Of a stretch of DNA of 32,000 nucleotides, positions 30,788-32,000 are shown in pieces. Numbering within the stretch: position 1 is the stretch's first letter; each line of letters begins with the position of its first letter. Origin of the DNA: Patescibacteria group bacterium (lineage in GTDB: Bacteria > Patescibacteriota > Patescibacteriia > 2-01-FULL-39-33). The notes under the pieces are model-generated. The model worked only from the letters and a program-made list of their open reading frames with translations, was not told the DNA's origin and did no database searches. The stretch spans positions 202,792 to 234,791 of the forward strand of contig JBAZMW010000002.1 of assembly GCA_041649575.1 (NCBI GenBank). The letters are read 5' to 3'. Made by a program: the position numbers and the translations under genes.

Positions 30788-31888
30788 TTAAGCCTGTGAT
30801 TCCTCGCTCAATTTTTTCACCAATTGGAGAATTTTTTCTTTAAAGATTTCCACATCAAATTTTTTGGCCCGCTCTCTGATCCGTTCCGAATTATAAGTCT
30901 CTGGCCTAAACCGAATTATTTTATCAGCCAGCTCTTCCCAAATCTGCTCCTCAAAAAATTCTCCCGTCTCCCCTTCTCTGACTGTCTCGGTGGCGCCGCC
31001 AGCCCTAAAGGCGATCACCGGCCGGCCGCTAGCCATCGCTTCCACGGCCGTGATGCCGAAATCCTCTTCCTGCGGATTCAGATAAGCCAAGCAATTGGCA
31101 AACAATTCCTTTTTTTCTGTTTCGCTGACTTTACCCAAAAACTCTATATTGCCTTTGTTGGCCAGTCTCTTCAGGCGTCTTTCCTCCGGCCCAACGCCAA
31201 AAATTTTCAAAGGTATGCCCAGGCGGGAAAAAGCCTTGACCGCTAAATCGATTTTTTTGTAAGGCACCAGGCGGCCACCGGCCAAAAAATATTTTTTGGG
31301 AGCGCCGGAGATATAGAACTTATTAACTTCTACCGGCGGATAAATAACTTCACTGTCTCGATCATAATACTTTTTAATGCGGTTTTTTACCGTTTCGGAA
31401 ATAGCCACGAAATGATCAACGCGGTCGGCGGCCAAACGATCCCAGACGCGCAGTTTCCTTAGCGTTAATGGCAAAAACTTTTTAATAAAAAAATTGACTT
31501 TTAATTCCTCCAAATAATTATGGGTATCATTCCACAGATAGCGGGTTGGCGTATAACAATAGCAGATGTGCCGGCAGGCGGGGTTGGTGATCACCCCCTT
31601 GGCAAAAGAAGAGGCGCTGGAAATCACCAAATCATAACCCATGAGGTTGTGACTTTCTATGGCCGCCGGCATCATTGATAAATACCACTGGTATCTCCTG
31701 ACGCCCAGGGGCAGCTTTTGCAAAAAAGAGGTGTTGACCTTTTTATCAATAAAAAAATTATTGGTATTTTTCCGGTTTAAAACCAAAGTAAAAATAGGCG
31801 CCTGGGGGTAGATTTCTTTCAGCACCTTTAAGACTAATTCCGCCCCGCCGTCTTGGACTAAATGGTCATGGACTAAAGCGATTTTCAT
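30788..31888 (-). CDS. GT-B fold glycosyltransferase (GT4-like)
   Basis: MKIALVHDHLVQDGGAELV N-terminus and EDFGITAVEAMASGRPVIA motif. First gene of the three-GT run. Confidence 0.85.
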   Translation of the reverse strand: MKIALVHDHLVQDGGAELVLKVLKEIYPQAPIFTLVLNRKNTNNFFIDKKVNTSFLQKLPLGVRRYQWYLSMMPAAIESHNLMGYDLVISSASSFAKGVITNPACRHICYCYTPTRYLWNDTHNYLEELKVNFFIKKFLPLTLRKLRVWDRLAADRVDHFVAISETVKNRIKKYYDRDSEVIYPPVEVNKFYISGAPKKYFLAGGRLVPYKKIDLAVKAFSRLGIPLKIFGVGPEERRLKRLANKGNIEFLGKVSETEKKELFANCLAYLNPQEEDFGITAVEAMASGRPVIAFRAGGATETVREGETGEFFEEQIWEELADKIIRFRPETYNSERIRERAKKFDVEIFKEKILQLVKKLSEESQA

Positions 31889-32000
31889 GCCTGGAGTTAG
31901 CTTTTTAGATAGTTAAAAACTATCATTTTTTGAGCCAAAAATCAACCTCTAAGTTAGCGGCCCTTTTTATACTCTTTATGGCTAGTTATGGCTGGGCTAG

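Overview
Low-G+C, almost fully coding bacterial chromosome segment. The gene content suggests a small-genome Patescibacteria/CPR-like organism, which is an inference (DUF4012 and DUF11-repeat envelope proteins, many short overlapping operons). Order, left to right:
- TrmB-type regulator, 5' end cut by the window.
- Minus-strand Liv-type ABC importer (livH-livM-SBP-livG-SBP-SBP).
- Orphan radical SAM enzyme and tRNA-Gln.
- RlpA-like gene with ftsE and ftsX.
- Plus-strand tRNA cluster: Gly-CCC, then a split tRNA-Thr-CGU gene enclosing a second intact tRNA-Thr-CGU.
- Parvulin PPIase, FtsB/DivIC, a membrane protein, a P-type ATPase and tRNA-Lys.
- dnaB-ybaB-[GC-rich antisense RNA locus]-recR-[GC-rich autonomous island]-rplU.
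- DUF192, an MraY/WecA-family transferase and tgt.
- Envelope cluster (DUF11-repeat protein, DUF4012 protein, three GT-B glycosyltransferases) interrupted by a third GC-rich RNA locus.
I saw no CRISPR array, transposase, integrase, reverse transcriptase or rRNA.
Most notable:
1. Three compositionally foreign, highly structured units, each with a perfect TTGACA -35 box and an intrinsic terminator. Two bracket recR and one lies at 28.3-28.5 kb. I could not assign any of them to a known RNA family by eye.
2. The nested/split tRNA-Thr locus.
3. A tgt gene without the zinc-ligand cysteines that carries an in-frame palindromic insertion.
All functional readings of the GC-rich units are hypotheses. 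An Rfam/covariance search and transcript mapping would decide them.
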